A stretch of DNA of 63,509 nucleotides, filler included, from Pirum gemmata (GCA_002812295.1; 31 parts of 31 records of this genome joined end to end with filler, not necessarily neighbours in it); one strand, 5' to 3'; counted from the first letter of the whole stretch, positions 1 through 12,340 are shown. Numbers and translations: made by a program. The notes: a model not told the origin generated them from the letters alone.

Positions 1-17
1 ACAATAATAATAATAAC

Positions 18-48
<31 letters not shown>

Positions 49-49
49 G

Positions 50-756
50 GACATATACCAGACTATGTTAAATGAAATAAGCCAAAAATCGGATTTTTTA
101 AATCCGACAGAAATCATTTTACAAGAATCGGCAATAACTCTAACTAACGATAATCCTTTGTATCACTTTGATAATTTCAAACAACAACAACAACATCATC
201 ATCATCAACATCATCATCAACAACAACAACAACAACAACAACAATATCATCAACATCAACATCAAGTACTACATCATCAACAACATCAACATCAACATCA
301 ACATCAACAACATCAACAACATCAACAACATCAACAACCATTATTACCCCCATTCCCACCCTATAATCATTCTAATCATCATAACGAACAACCCTACAAC
401 CATCATCATCAACAACAACAACAACAACAACAACAACATCATCATCATCATCATCAACAACATCAACACCAACATCAACAACAACAACATCATCATCATC
501 AAATGCCACAGCACTATCAACAACCACAACCACAACCACAACCACAACCACAACCACAACCACAACCACAACCACAACCACAATATGATTATTACCATCA
601 ACAATATATAAATGAGCCACCAAAACGCAATAGTTTACATAATTCACCAAGCCATAGCCCACAGAGTCATAGTAATTATTATTCAAATAGACCTTCGTCT
701 ATGGCTGCACCCTCTCTTCCTTCTCTTCATAACCTAAACTCTGTATCACAGTCTAG
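50..756 (+). CDS. Internal exon of a Gln/His/Pro-rich low-complexity protein
   Basis: AG acceptor at 48-49 after a TAA microsatellite; open frame DIYQTMLNEISQK...PSLHNLNSVSQS; GTATT donor at 757 followed by (TTG)n. Confidence 0.65.
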
Positions 757-787
757 GTATTATTATTATTGCTGTTGTTGCTGCTGC

Positions 788-880
<93 letters not shown>

Positions 881-1043
881 NNNNNNNNNNNNNNNNNNNN
901 NNNNNNNNNNNNNNNNNNNNNNNNNNNNNNNNNNNNNNNNNNNNNNNNNNNNNNNNNNNNNNNNNNNNNNNNNNNNNNNNNNNNNNNNNNNNNNNNNNNN
1001 NNNNNNNNNNNNNNNNNNNNNNNNNNNNNNNNNNNNNNNNNNN

Positions 1044-1139
<96 letters not shown>

Positions 1140-1279
1140 TTGTTGTTTTTGTTTTCGTTATCGGTAATGTTTTTACTTTTCTTTTCATTAATCATATTAT
1201 CATTTTCCTACCCCTTTTCTAATTGCAATTTTGTTTTTTTAACTCTTTTTACAATTTTGTTTTGTTTTGTATTCTTGCT

Positions 1280-1748
1280 AACATTAACCATACCATCCTA
1301 TTTTACCTTTACTACAATATAAACCTTTACTAAATTCTTCAAAGTCTAGTACCACAGCCATCTTTACATTTTATAACATCAACCATACCATCCAATTTAC
1401 ATTTGCTACAATATAATCCTTTACTAAATTCTTCAAAGTTAAAATATGGTCTAGTACCACAACCACCTTTACATTTTATATTTATAACATCAACCATACC
1501 ATCCAATTTTCATTAACTACAATATAATCATTTAGTAAATCCTTCAAAATTAAAAATTGGTCTAGTGCCACAACCACCTTTGCATTTTTTATTTATAACA
1601 TCAACCATACCATCCAATTTACATTTACTACACTAAAATCCTTTACTAAATCCTTCGTAATTAAACGATGCATGAGAGACACAACTACCTTTGCATTTTA
1701 TATTTTTAACATCAACCATAACATCCAATTTGCACTACTTGCAAAAGA
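1280..1748 (-). pseudogene. Decayed EsV-1-7-type cysteine-rich repeat gene (~4.5 units of 111 bp / 37 aa)
   Basis: Minus-strand translation repeats KCKGGCGTRPYFNFEEFSKGLYCSKCKLDGMVDV, matching the EsV-1-7 pattern (C..C..P.FN....YC..xKLDGMVxV). Five in-frame stops and two frameshifts. Confidence 0.8.
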
Positions 1749-1759
1749 TTTGGAATCAT

Positions 1760-1807
<48 letters not shown>

Positions 1808-1857
1808 GCTGTTGTTGTTGTTGTTGCTGTTGTTTGGTTGTTTGGTTGTTTGGTTGT

Positions 1858-1957
1858 NNNNNNNNNNNNNNNNNNNNNNNNNNNNNNNNNNNNNNNNNNN
1901 NTTAATTAATTAANNNNNNNNNNNNNNNNNNNNNNNNNNNNNNNNNNNNNNNNNNNN
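1858..1957. other. Artificial contig spacer (N44-TTAATTAATTAA-N44); first of 30 identical spacers
   Basis: The same 100-nt six-frame-stop spacer recurs at about 5232, 7214, 9224, 11189, 13192, 15162, 17147, 19106, 21055, 23022, 24974, 26943, 28944, 30891, 32892, 34832, 36794, 38775, 41790, 43791, 45792, 47737, 49710, 51711, 53687, 55657, 57621, 59566 and 61510. Neighbouring segments are not physically linked. Confidence 0.98.
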
Positions 1958-3899
1958 TTAATACTCAACGTAATTCGGATAATACTATTTAGCCGACCAC
2001 AGAATTCTCAATAGACCCTAGTTAGTCAGACTTAGTCTATCTATCATACTTTTATCGATCGTTACTACAGTTGCCATCTTCTCAATCTTTATTAATTTGA
2101 CACTGTTTAATTAAGTTATACTTATTTATATAATACCAAAGTTATTTAGAACATGCCCAATAGTTTAACCATAATGATAATTTGGTAGTTTATGTTTATT
2201 TCAGTTTTTGAACTGGACAACACTATTGAAAAATACAATCTGTCTATCAATTTAGTTGAGCTTAGTTCTTGTTCTTGTTATTGCTATTATTTTTTTAAAA
2301 AAAATTAATATTGTTATTCTTACTCTGATTCTATTAGTTTGTAGTAAGTAGCCTGTAGTCCATTTATAGTCTTTTATCTATCATAGAGTCTTTTATAGTC
2401 TTTTTTTTTTAAAAAAACAAATATAATATCAGATATTATTATATTGTCTAATTTGTATACTTTTTTTCTTTTTCTATATGATATCATAGACTATATCGAT
2501 ACTTTTTTTCTGGTTGTTGTCTGCCTGTTGTACGCTGAACTCTGCACTGAGTCTGCAGCCTCTGCTCTGTTGGGGTAAGAAAGGCATGGTGACTCTTTAA
2601 GTGGGCCTATCAGGGTGTCGATATTGTGTTAAAAAAAAAAAAAAAAAAAAAAAACATGTGTGAAAGCTTCGCGGTTATTTAGTTTTCGAGATTCGAACCA
2701 AGGGGTTTAGCTTATATATATAGACATGTTTGTAACTCGTTATGATTGTGTTTACAATATATTTTTAAAAGTATCTTTTATTAAATGAAATATTAACGAG
2801 TATGTATTTTTACAATGTTGTTCTAATCTTATGTTTTTTACAATTTCTCCTCTCCCATATGCTTTATCTCTTCCCTTTATATACAACTTTTGAACCCAAC
2901 AAAGAAACCATCTTTTATAATTCAAAACACTTTTTGTCTTAGCAACCTTGCCCGTTTCTTTCCACAGGCCAAAAGCCCTTTTAAAACCCTTATTCCTTTT
3001 TTAAACCTGTTCCGAACTTGACATGACGTCATCACGTCTGCTCGANACCCTAACCCTAACCCTAACCCTAACCCTAACCCTAACCCTAGAACCTAGACCC
3101 TAGAACCCTAACCCTAACCTAGGATACCAATTAAATATATCCAATAAAATTTAAATATTTAATAATGACTTTTAATTGAATTAAACAAAACGAAATTTGA
3201 AAGTTTCGAGTTTTGGATGAAATTAGGCGTCCCTGTCAGCAAAAATGGATGTTTAAATTATCAATTTTCATTAGTTAAATTCCAATTTTTTTTGTAGACT
3301 ATGAAAGACGGGTGCTTTTTTTTTATGATGACGTATAATTTATGTTGATTTGTGTTCGAAAATGAAAAAAAACTACATCGAGCTAAGAAAACAAATCCTA
3401 ATTTGGAAAAAAAAAAAAAAACCTTTTTTTGGCAAATTTTTTTCATTGGAAATAATTTGTAAAAAAATCTAGATAAAGTCTAGATTTACTTTTTTTTGCT
3501 AAAGTTTGGAGTGACATTTTCTGGCAACAAAATATAAATGTTTTTAGAATGGGTAATAATGATGTTATGAAGAAAATTTAAATAACAAAGTTTGCTTGTT
3601 TTAAGCTCTAGATTAGCTTTTTAATTTAATTAGTTTAATTTTTTTAAAATCTGGAGAGTCACATGATGCATAAACATCAAGTTACTAGTTAATAACAGTT
3701 TAAAATAACGCTCTTATTATTTTATTTCATATTTTTTTTAAAAAAGCACGATACAAGTCGTGGCGTACAGAATTTTAATTAGTAAGCGAACTTCGCCAAA
3801 ACAAAATTTTTTGCGTAACTATAAAACTAATGAAAAGTAATTATTGGACGTTAATCTATGGCGAAAAGTAGATAGAAAAAGTGTTAAAACGAAGTTCAN

Positions 3900-4092
3900 T
3901 TTGCGGTATTGGTTGACAGCATAAATTTCTCTGGAACTGATATTAATAAATCTTGTTTTTTTATTTTTGACCTCGCAAACAATCCATTACCAGCATTTAC
4001 TGCACTCTTAATTTCAACTCTTGCTTTTGACTCATCAAATCCTTCTTTCGTTAACCACTCGTAAAATTTATCAAAATCGGTTATTTGTGAAC
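3900..4092 (-). CDS. Exon encoding the N-terminal part of a SET-domain (SETD3/Rubisco-LSMT-like) methyltransferase
   Basis: FDKFYEWLTKEG...AGNGLFARSKIKKQDLLISVPEKFMLS fits the F..WL..G / G.GL.A...I....L..VP start of the LSMT family. AG acceptor at 4094-4093; interrupted by an N at 3899. Confidence 0.75.
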
Positions 4093-6319
4093 CTAGATAT
4101 TTATAGTGTTGAAGTTTAGGGCAAAAGTTTAAAAAACACACACAAAAAGAGTTATATCAAACCATATTAACCAGTTATTATTGTATTTCTGGTTATGTCG
4201 ACCGTTTTGTGTACTCTAGAGGTGACCGATTAATCTATAAAACACTCTACCGTATTTCGAAAAAAAATATCGACTAATTATATAAGATTTTTACCCAGCA
4301 AACCATCGATGTAAACTCGTAATCCCCTAACTGTTTCCAAAATGTAAAAAAAGAAAAGGGTATTTAATATGGTATACATTACACATACCTAAGTTGGGCT
4401 TTTGTAAAGTTTTCAATTCTTCGAGTAACAAGTACACTTGGCTTAGTTCATGCAGACGTTGTTTCAAAGTACTCTTCACGTTTACCGGCTTATTTGTTAC
4501 TGTTATTAGATCAAAAGTAAATTTTGGATTAGTTGAGCAAAGTTAGAACGATATTAAGAGATTGAATATAGGACATTACATTTTGTTTCTTTTACTTATT
4601 TTGTTAGACAGTTAAATAAATGCATATGTATTTTGAGTTTATATTCTGCCCCCCTGTTCCTGTTGTTGTAAAATATGGAGTGAGAAGTTTATTATATTTT
4701 GCTTTTTTGCATATTTATATGACAATTAAATAAATATTTATATTCTACCCAGTAGCGTTATATTATATTATTCTCTTTTATTTAATTATGTTTGGATAGG
4801 CGTTTTATATTTTCTGTCAAAAGCTTTTTGAAAAAAAGTTTAGAAGTTAAAGTACTTTGATCTAAAGCACTTATGGTAGCAGTAATTTTATGATGCATAT
4901 TTGCAGGCGTCTTTGGTTTTTGATACTTCATGAGTTTATGTTGATGGCAATAATAAGTTTATGATGACAATAATAAAATATCAACAATCAGCAATAGAAA
5001 ATATGGCCATAATTATATCATATATAAAAATTATTAAAACCATGAAATCCTTGATAAAATAATATTATTAGTATATTATTATAGCTATTATTTAATATCT
5101 ATTCTAGAGAATCAAGTTCTTTCACTCGAAACTTTTTTTGATGTTTTCGAGCCATCAAATAATAACAAAAAATTTCGAGTGGTGCTTTCTGGTCAAATAC
5201 CTAGCTAGGGTCAAATACAGCTTCAAATAACNNNNNNNNNNNNNNNNNNNNNNNNNNNNNNNNNNNNNNNNNNNNTTAATTAATTAANNNNNNNNNNNNN
5301 NNNNNNNNNNNNNNNNNNNNNNNNNNNNNNNGACATATGAAAAAAAATGCAAATAAATGTCAGGCGTTGGTTTTTTTTTCTTTCTTTTTTTTACTATCAT
5401 AGCACCGAATACTCCGAATGCTCTGACATATAATCACATATTCACTAGCTAGAGGGTTAGCGGTCTAGCTATCTGATAGGCTGTCTACTAGCTAGCTAGC
5501 TAGCAAGGGTTTTGGCGAACGATAAAAAAAAAATCAAAACCGAAAACTGATGCAGGAAAAAACCATCGAATCGAGACTGGTTCGAAACTTTCGAAATTTT
5601 TCGATCTAATTTTAATTTCGTAGAAAAAACTTGAAACTCGAAAAAAAAAAGGGGGGCTAAAAAAAATCAGAAAAAAAAATCATGTTTTTCTAATAGTCTA
5701 GCTACTAGCTAGAAAGGCTGTCACGTGTGGTGGGTGCCGCCTTGAAACTGCCCTATCAACAGGAGTCAAAATTCTGTAAGACTTACCGCTACTCCGGTAC
5801 TCTAGCTAGAACCTCTACTCTACTAGCTAGCTACAGTAGTATGGTAAAAACGTCCAACGTTTGGTTTTCACTATAATTTTCAGTTTTCGATCGAACATAA
5901 GTAGTGTAATAATATTTAATAATTTTGAAATTTTCGAACATAAAAAAAAAGTTGGGTTAGAGTTAGTTAGGAGGGTTAGCCTAAGGTTAGAGGGTTAGGG
6001 TTAGGGTTAGGGTCTAGGGGTTAGGGTAGGGTTAGGGTTATGGCTAGCTATCATAGGCAGGAGGGGTGACACCTATTATGTGCAACCCTGTAACCCATTA
6101 TGTGTAACCGCCAACACTGACTTTTGATTGGTCAAGAGGATTGGTGATGGTGACAGTAGGCTTTAGACCAATGATAGGACTTAATTTGTTTTTTTTTTTT
6201 CTTCAGGAAAAAACCGTTGAGATCTACTAGAGTTCTACTAGTAGCTGCTAGCTAGTACTATACTCTAGCTAGCTATACTACTACTAGCTAGCTAGAGTAC
6301 TGTACACACGGGAATCATA

Positions 6320-6472
6320 CGCCACCTAATCTTACCTATGCCTCTTTGTCCAAAACACTTTTGGTCATAATTATAAATTCATTTTAATAATTAATTGCTG
6401 CCTAAAACAGTTTAAGTCACACTTTCGAGAAATGACTTCTATCAAAGAATAAGTGTCGTCCTTTATGAATTA
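6320..6472 (+). repeat. Dispersed repeat; inverted copy at 57063-57213
   Basis: CACCTAATCTTACCTATGCCTCTTTG...ATCAAAGAATAAGTG..GTCCTTTATGAAT aligns to the reverse complement of 57063-57213. Confidence 0.8.
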
Positions 6473-7080
6473 CAAAACCCCTAGCTAGTCTAGAGTCTAG
6501 ACTGTCTAGCTAGTAGTATCATAAAGAAAAAACCCTGGAAAAAACCTTTTTTTATATGAGCCACTAGTATCGAGTCAGAAGAATAGAAAAAAAAGACAGA
6601 AAAATAGTAGAAAAATATTGAATAATAATATTCTAAAGAAGAAAAAGTTTTGGGCTCGAGGTTTTGAGAACTGTTTTGAGATGTTTTGAGTCACTCTTTT
6701 TTGCCTATTTACCTTTAAAAGGTAATTTTTTTATCTTAATATGGTACTTTTGGAGGTCTTCATTTTCTCAGCCCACATTTTACATGTGTCATCCCTCCTG
6801 CTAGCTACAGTAAGTCTACAGTAGCTAGCTCTAGCTAGCTAGAGAGAGGCTGTAAGATTTTTTTTATGTGACTGTTTTTTTTGGTTGTTTTTTTTTTTGT
6901 TTTGTTTGCTGGCGTCTTTGTAAATGACCTTGTTTGATGGGGTACAACAACCACACGAAAAAAAAATCATTAACAGCAACAGAAGCAAAGCTAAAGATAA
7001 AAACCACAACCCCAGCCACAACCACAACCACACCAACAACAAAAGAAACAGCCTTAACAACAACAGCAACAACAAACAGC

Positions 7081-7112
<32 letters not shown>

Positions 7113-8508
7113 AAGAAACAGCCTTAACAACAACAACAACAACAACAACAATAACAATAACAACAACTAAAGAAACAGCCTTAACAACAACAACCATAAC
7201 CATAACCATAACCNNNNNNNNNNNNNNNNNNNNNNNNNNNNNNNNNNNNNNNNNNNNTTAATTAATTAANNNNNNNNNNNNNNNNNNNNNNNNNNNNNNN
7301 NNNNNNNNNNNNNTTTTTTAAAAAAAAAATTTTTTTTTTAAAATTACATTAATATAAAAAAAAAAAAAAAAAGTTTTCTTTTTTTAAAAAAATTCATTTC
7401 TATGATTGGATGTTCATGTTCATACTCCTCTAATAAAAGTCAGAACAAGAACTGAACAAGAGCGTGAGAGCTAGCGTGAGCTAGAAAAAAAAAAGCATGC
7501 TAGGACTATGCAGCCTATGCTAGCTAGGCTACTACTAGCTAGCTAGAACAGTGCTAGAACAGTGCTAGAACACTGCTAGCTAGAACTAATGCTAGCTAGC
7601 TAGAACTGTATTATTTTTTATTAAAAAAAATATTAAAATTATTATCATGCTTTTCATTTATTTCGTCACTCTGAGTCTGAATATTTATTTGGAGGGTTAT
7701 AATATTTAAATAGACATTTTTAACTAAATAAATAGATCGTAAAAGACACCAAATTAAATTAAATGGCTCATATTGTATTAATTTGGTACTATTTATTGTA
7801 TATTTTATGATGACAAAACAATTGAAAAGCACTATATTATAAGTATATTATACAGATATTATTTTATTTTAAAATACGGTAATAATTTATAATACTGGTC
7901 CATTGTACTGGTATATTATATTATAAAAATATACCGTAATAGATATACATTTATCCGTAGTTGTTTATAATATCTAAATTGATACTTTTTTTTTTAAAAA
8001 AATAAATAAATATATAATAAAATAACTATAAAATATACCACAGACGACAAAATAACTGAAAAGCACGATATACATACCTCTATCAGCTGATACATATATG
8101 ATATATGATAGGACCCCAGAGTCTGAGGGCCGGCCAGTACCGGCGTACCCCCGAGCCTTTTAAAAAATTTTTTTTTCCTTTTTTGATATACTCCTATATA
8201 TAGTATTTGTAAACAATTTTCTTCCACATATAGATTATTCTTTCAATTTCCTTGTTGCCATGAGGGTCCATGATTTGTCCATTTATAAATAAAGAGAGAA
8301 TCTCTTATTTTTTTTTCCCTGTGGCTTGCTTGCTTTTACTAGTTCTACTAAAATCATTGTTATTGTTATTGTCAACAATAACAATAACTAATTAAAATAA
8401 CAATAACAATAACAATAAGTAATCAACAATAACAATAACAACAACAATAACCATAGCAATAATAACAATAACAATAACAACAAAAATAATAATAACATGA
8501 TAATAATA

Positions 8509-8558
<50 letters not shown>

Positions 8559-8563
8559 TTTAA

Positions 8564-8616
<53 letters not shown>

Positions 8617-8688
8617 NNNNNNNNNNNNNNNNNNNNNNNNNNNNNNNNNNNNNNNNNNNNNTAGTAGTAGTAGTAGTAGTAGTAGTAC

Positions 8689-8763
<75 letters not shown>

Positions 8764-9190
8764 CAGTAGACTGTAGTACGCACTTAGTACTATCACGATA
8801 GTAATAGTATTAGTAATAGGTAGGTAGTAGTAGTAGTAGTACTAGCTAACAGGGTTAGGGGGTTTGCTAACAGGTTAGGGTTATGGTTATTAGTAATAAT
8901 TAATAAGTAGCATTAAAAATATTAGTATTACTTATAATTATATAGTATTGATAGCGGTATCATAATATTATGATATTATGATAGTGGTTGTAGTAGCTGT
9001 TGTATTATTATGTTGTGGTGATTTTTTTTTTTCATTTTTTTTTTTCATTTTTATAAATAAGACAGACACTACCAGTAGCTGTGGCTACTAGCTAGCTAGC
9101 TAGCTAGCTAGTGTAGCTATCATAGCTAGCTACTAGCTAGTCCTAGCTAGAGAGAGCTACTGGTAAATAATTATTGATATCTTTTAGACT

Positions 9191-9223
<33 letters not shown>

Positions 9224-9350
9224 NNNNNNNNNNNNNNNNNNNNNNNNNNNNNNNNNNNNNNNNNNNNTTAATTAATTAANNNNNNNNNNNNNNNNNNNNN
9301 NNNNNNNNNNNNNNNNNNNNNNNTAATAATAATAATAATAATAAACCTAC

Positions 9351-11165
9351 CTCGCTTGAAAATCCAACGGATATTGATTTTTTATTTCCCTCGACCTTAT
9401 ATCATAACACATTTCGCCATGTTTTTCTAACTCACCTGTTTTGTATAAATTACCGTTATAGAGTTAGGGTTATGGGGTAATGATAATAATAAAAATAAAT
9501 CCCAAATACAAAAGTAAATCTAGCGTAATAAATACATTATTTAAAACAAATATATTCATCAAAAGATGGTTATGGTTATGGTTGCGGTTATGGTTACGGT
9601 TTTGGTTACGGTTTTGGTTACGGTTTTGGTTACGGTTTTGGTTACGGTTTTGGTTACGGTTTTGGTGGTCACGGTATCGGTTACGGTTGCGGTTATGGTT
9701 AAGGCTAGTGTGGGTTATGGAGTGTGGTTACGGTTACGGTTGTGGTTACGATTACGATTACGATTACGATTAGAGGTAGCGGTTGGGAATTGGAGTAAAG
9801 GCAAGAGTTAAGGGTTAGGGGTTAGAGGTTAAGAGGTTAGAGGTTAAGAGGTTAGAGGTTAGAGGTTAGAGGTTAGAGGTTAGAGGTTAGAGGTTAGAGG
9901 TTAGAGGTTAGAGGTTAGAGGTTAGAGGTTAGAGGNGAGGTTAGAGGTTAGAGGTTAGGAGTTAGGAGTTAGGTTAGGGTTAGGGTGAAGGTTAAGGTTA
10001 GGGTGAAGGTTAAGGTTAAGGTGAAGGTTAAGGTTAAGGTTAGGGTTAGGGTTAGGGTTAGGGTTAGGGTTAGGGTTAGGGTTAGGTTTAAGGTAAGGGT
10101 TAGGTTTAAGGTAAGGGTCAGGGGTAGGATTCAGGTTTAGGGATAGAAAAATGATTAATAAATTCTTACGTGTAACAAATTGCTGTAAATTGGTTTTAAT
10201 ATTATCACTGACAAAGCCTAAAAATTCATTTTTTTCCATAGCCTCCGGAAAATCGCGCTGAACGCGGTTAATTCGCGTCCACGGTGGTGTACGAGCACAT
10301 GCAATTCGAATCAATTCCAAAAATTTGGGGAAATCATGTTCTGCCATGGGTTTCCATTTTCCACTAGCCAAGGGTTAAGGGTTAGGGGTTAAGGGTTAAG
10401 GGTTAGGGGTTAAGGGTTAAGGGTTAAGGGTTAAGGGTCAAGGGTTAAGGATCAAGGGTTAAGGGTCAAGGGTTAAAGGTTAAGGGTTAAGGGTTAAGGG
10501 TTAAGGGTTAAGGGTTAAGGGTTTAGGGTTAGGGGTTTAGGGTTTAGGGTTAAGGGTTAAGGGTTAAGTTAAGGGTTAAGGGTTAGGGGTTAAGGGTTAA
10601 GGGTTAAGGGTTAAGGGTTAAGAGGTAAGGGTAAGGGTTAAGGGTTAAGGGTTAAGAGTTAAGAGTTAAGAGTTATAAGTTAAGGGTTAAGGGTTAAGGG
10701 TTAAGGGTTAAGGGTTAAGGGTTAAGGGTTAAGGGTCATGGGTTAGGAACAAGGGGTTAAGGGGTTAAGAGTTGGGGGTTACAGAGTTAGAGGATTAGAG
10801 GATAAGGGGTTAGCGTAGTTAAAATAGTTGGAAATCTCATAAGAAGTCAAAAAAAAAAAACAATAGATGCAACAATTACCCCTAACCCTAACCCCAACCC
10901 CAACCCTAACCCTATCCTTGACCTTAACCTTAACCTAATAATTACCTATGTTTCCATTCCCTTGTAACTGTGTAAGGTAAATCTAAACAAGGGTACAATT
11001 TGCAGTAATCCAATTGTAAATCATCCCCACCGAAAATTCGCTGAATCATTTCAATATCTTTTTCGTATGTAGTTCCAGGCAAATCGGGCATCAAATGACC
11101 ATCGACTTTAAAACAAGCATCACGTGCGCACGTGACAGCAGAAATGGATTTAGCCACAGTATGAC
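9351..11165 (-). CDS. ELP3: ELP3-like radical-SAM/acetyltransferase, three internal exons (11165-10946, 10363-10170, 9435-9351)
   Basis: Phase-compatible GT-AG splicing gives GHTVAKS...FKVDGHLMPDLPG...CKLYPC...KHSGKWKP...PPWTRINRVQRDFP...RELEKHGEMCYDIRSREI, containing the ELP3 motifs HxMPDLP, KxYP, PWxRxxRxxRDxP and CxDIRxRE. Confidence 0.9.
10372..10940 (+). repeat. Telomere-like array (TTAAGGG/TTAGGG variants) filling an ELP3-like intron; a second array at ~9565-10140
   Basis: Direct reading; bounded by GT/AG sites on the minus strand. Confidence 0.9.
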
Positions 11166-11767
11166 CTAAATAATAATAATAATAATAANNNNNNNNNNNN
11201 NNNNNNNNNNNNNNNNNNNNNNNNNNNNNNNNTTAATTAATTAANNNNNNNNNNNNNNNNNNNNNNNNNNNNNNNNNNNNNNNNNNNNTTAGGGTTAGGG
11301 TTAGGGTTACGGTTATGGTTAGGGTTAGGGTTAGGGTTAGGGTTAGGGTTAGGGTTAGGGTTAGGGTTAGGGTTAGGGTTAGGGTAGCTGTACGGTAATA
11401 AACAAAAAAGATTATTTCTAGTTTTTTCTTTGCACATAAAAAAAACTCTAAAAAGAAGCAGCCTTCAACTGGGGGGATTGAAAAGGGTATGTAGGTTCTT
11501 CACTACGGTCCTTTAGGCTAGGCTAAGGCTAAGGATATTAAAGTTACTTAAAATAGGTAAGTATATAACAAAAAAAGAGTTAACTGATAAATATAGTTAT
11601 TTCAACTTTTGAATTTTTTTTTTTGAAATGGTAAAAAAAATGACGTCATGTAAAAAAAAAATAAAAAGAAAACAATTTAATCTAGTTTACTTGTACATAG
11701 TTAAAATGAGGGGTGACGTGACATCATTTTTTTTTAACAGCACTGTCGGATAAAACTGCAAAAATAC

Positions 11768-11955
11768 TACTGTGTTTTCATTTATTTTGTCACTGTGAAT
11801 ATTTATTTGGCGGGTTATAACATTTAAATTGACATTTTCAAATGAGTAAATTGGTTAATAAAATATACCAAATTAAATGAAATGGATTTATATTATTTTA
11901 ATTCGGTACTATTTATTGTATATTTTATGATGCCAAAACAACTAAAAAGCACTAC
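11768..11955 (+). mobile_element. MITE family C (~190 bp); other copies at 7646-7833, 25260-25410, 30405-30580 and 39547-39731, partials at 34932, 36604, 40935 and 43906
   Basis: Imperfect TIR GTGCTTTTCA.TT.TTTTGTCA and shared internal ATACCAAATTAAA...TTTGGTACTATTTATTGTATATTTT. Confidence 0.8.
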
Positions 11956-12219
11956 TCGGGTATATGTTATTTTATATTATTATATATTTATTATATAAAA
12001 TTTAATATTAATAAATCAGATTCTATTAAAATATCTATAGGTATATGAGGTCTACAAATGTAACTCTACAAACGGTAAGCACCATGTAGACGTTTCTTTT
12101 GAACTAACAAGAAGGTAAATTCAAAATTAGTATAATAAAACTGAGGCAGATAGATATTGCTTTAGCGATGTTTAAAGGCAAATGCGAGATTGAAGTTGTG
12201 CAAGAAACTTACAGTTATA

Positions 12220-12340
12220 ATAGTTATAGGGTCCACCAGAAAACCCTAACCATCATCAATCCTAAAGCAACAAATATTATAGGACGTCAGTATTATTAGA
12301 ATTAACACTCGCCAATCTGTCTGGTGGACCCTATAACTAT
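12220..12340. mobile_element. 121-bp element with a perfect 21-bp TIR
   Basis: ATAGTTATAGGGTCCACCAGA ... TCTGGTGGACCCTATAACTAT. Confidence 0.7.

Noticed and set aside
168..1322. Many ORF-track entries with poly-C/V/L/N/T or dipeptide repeats (also 8560, 19435-20786, 21662-22038, 28399, 58052, 60990)
   Set aside because: Translations of microsatellites or N-runs; several lie inside introns defined here.
1902..1913. Regularly spaced TTAATTAATTAA motif every ~2 kb (CRISPR-like or nanochromosome-like periodicity)
   Set aside because: Always centred in N44 flanks; an artificial six-frame-stop linker between size-sorted contigs.
6924..7213. Thr-rich mucin-like ORF
   Set aside because: Mostly CAA microsatellite with a short repeated AAAGAAACAGCCTTAAC unit; no clear splice sites or preferred frame.
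11289..11385. TTAGGG at contig edges as true telomeres or gene-sized chromosomes
   Set aside because: Contigs end at any microsatellite. At 11289 and 55757 the G-strand points into the contig, the wrong polarity for a chromosome end.
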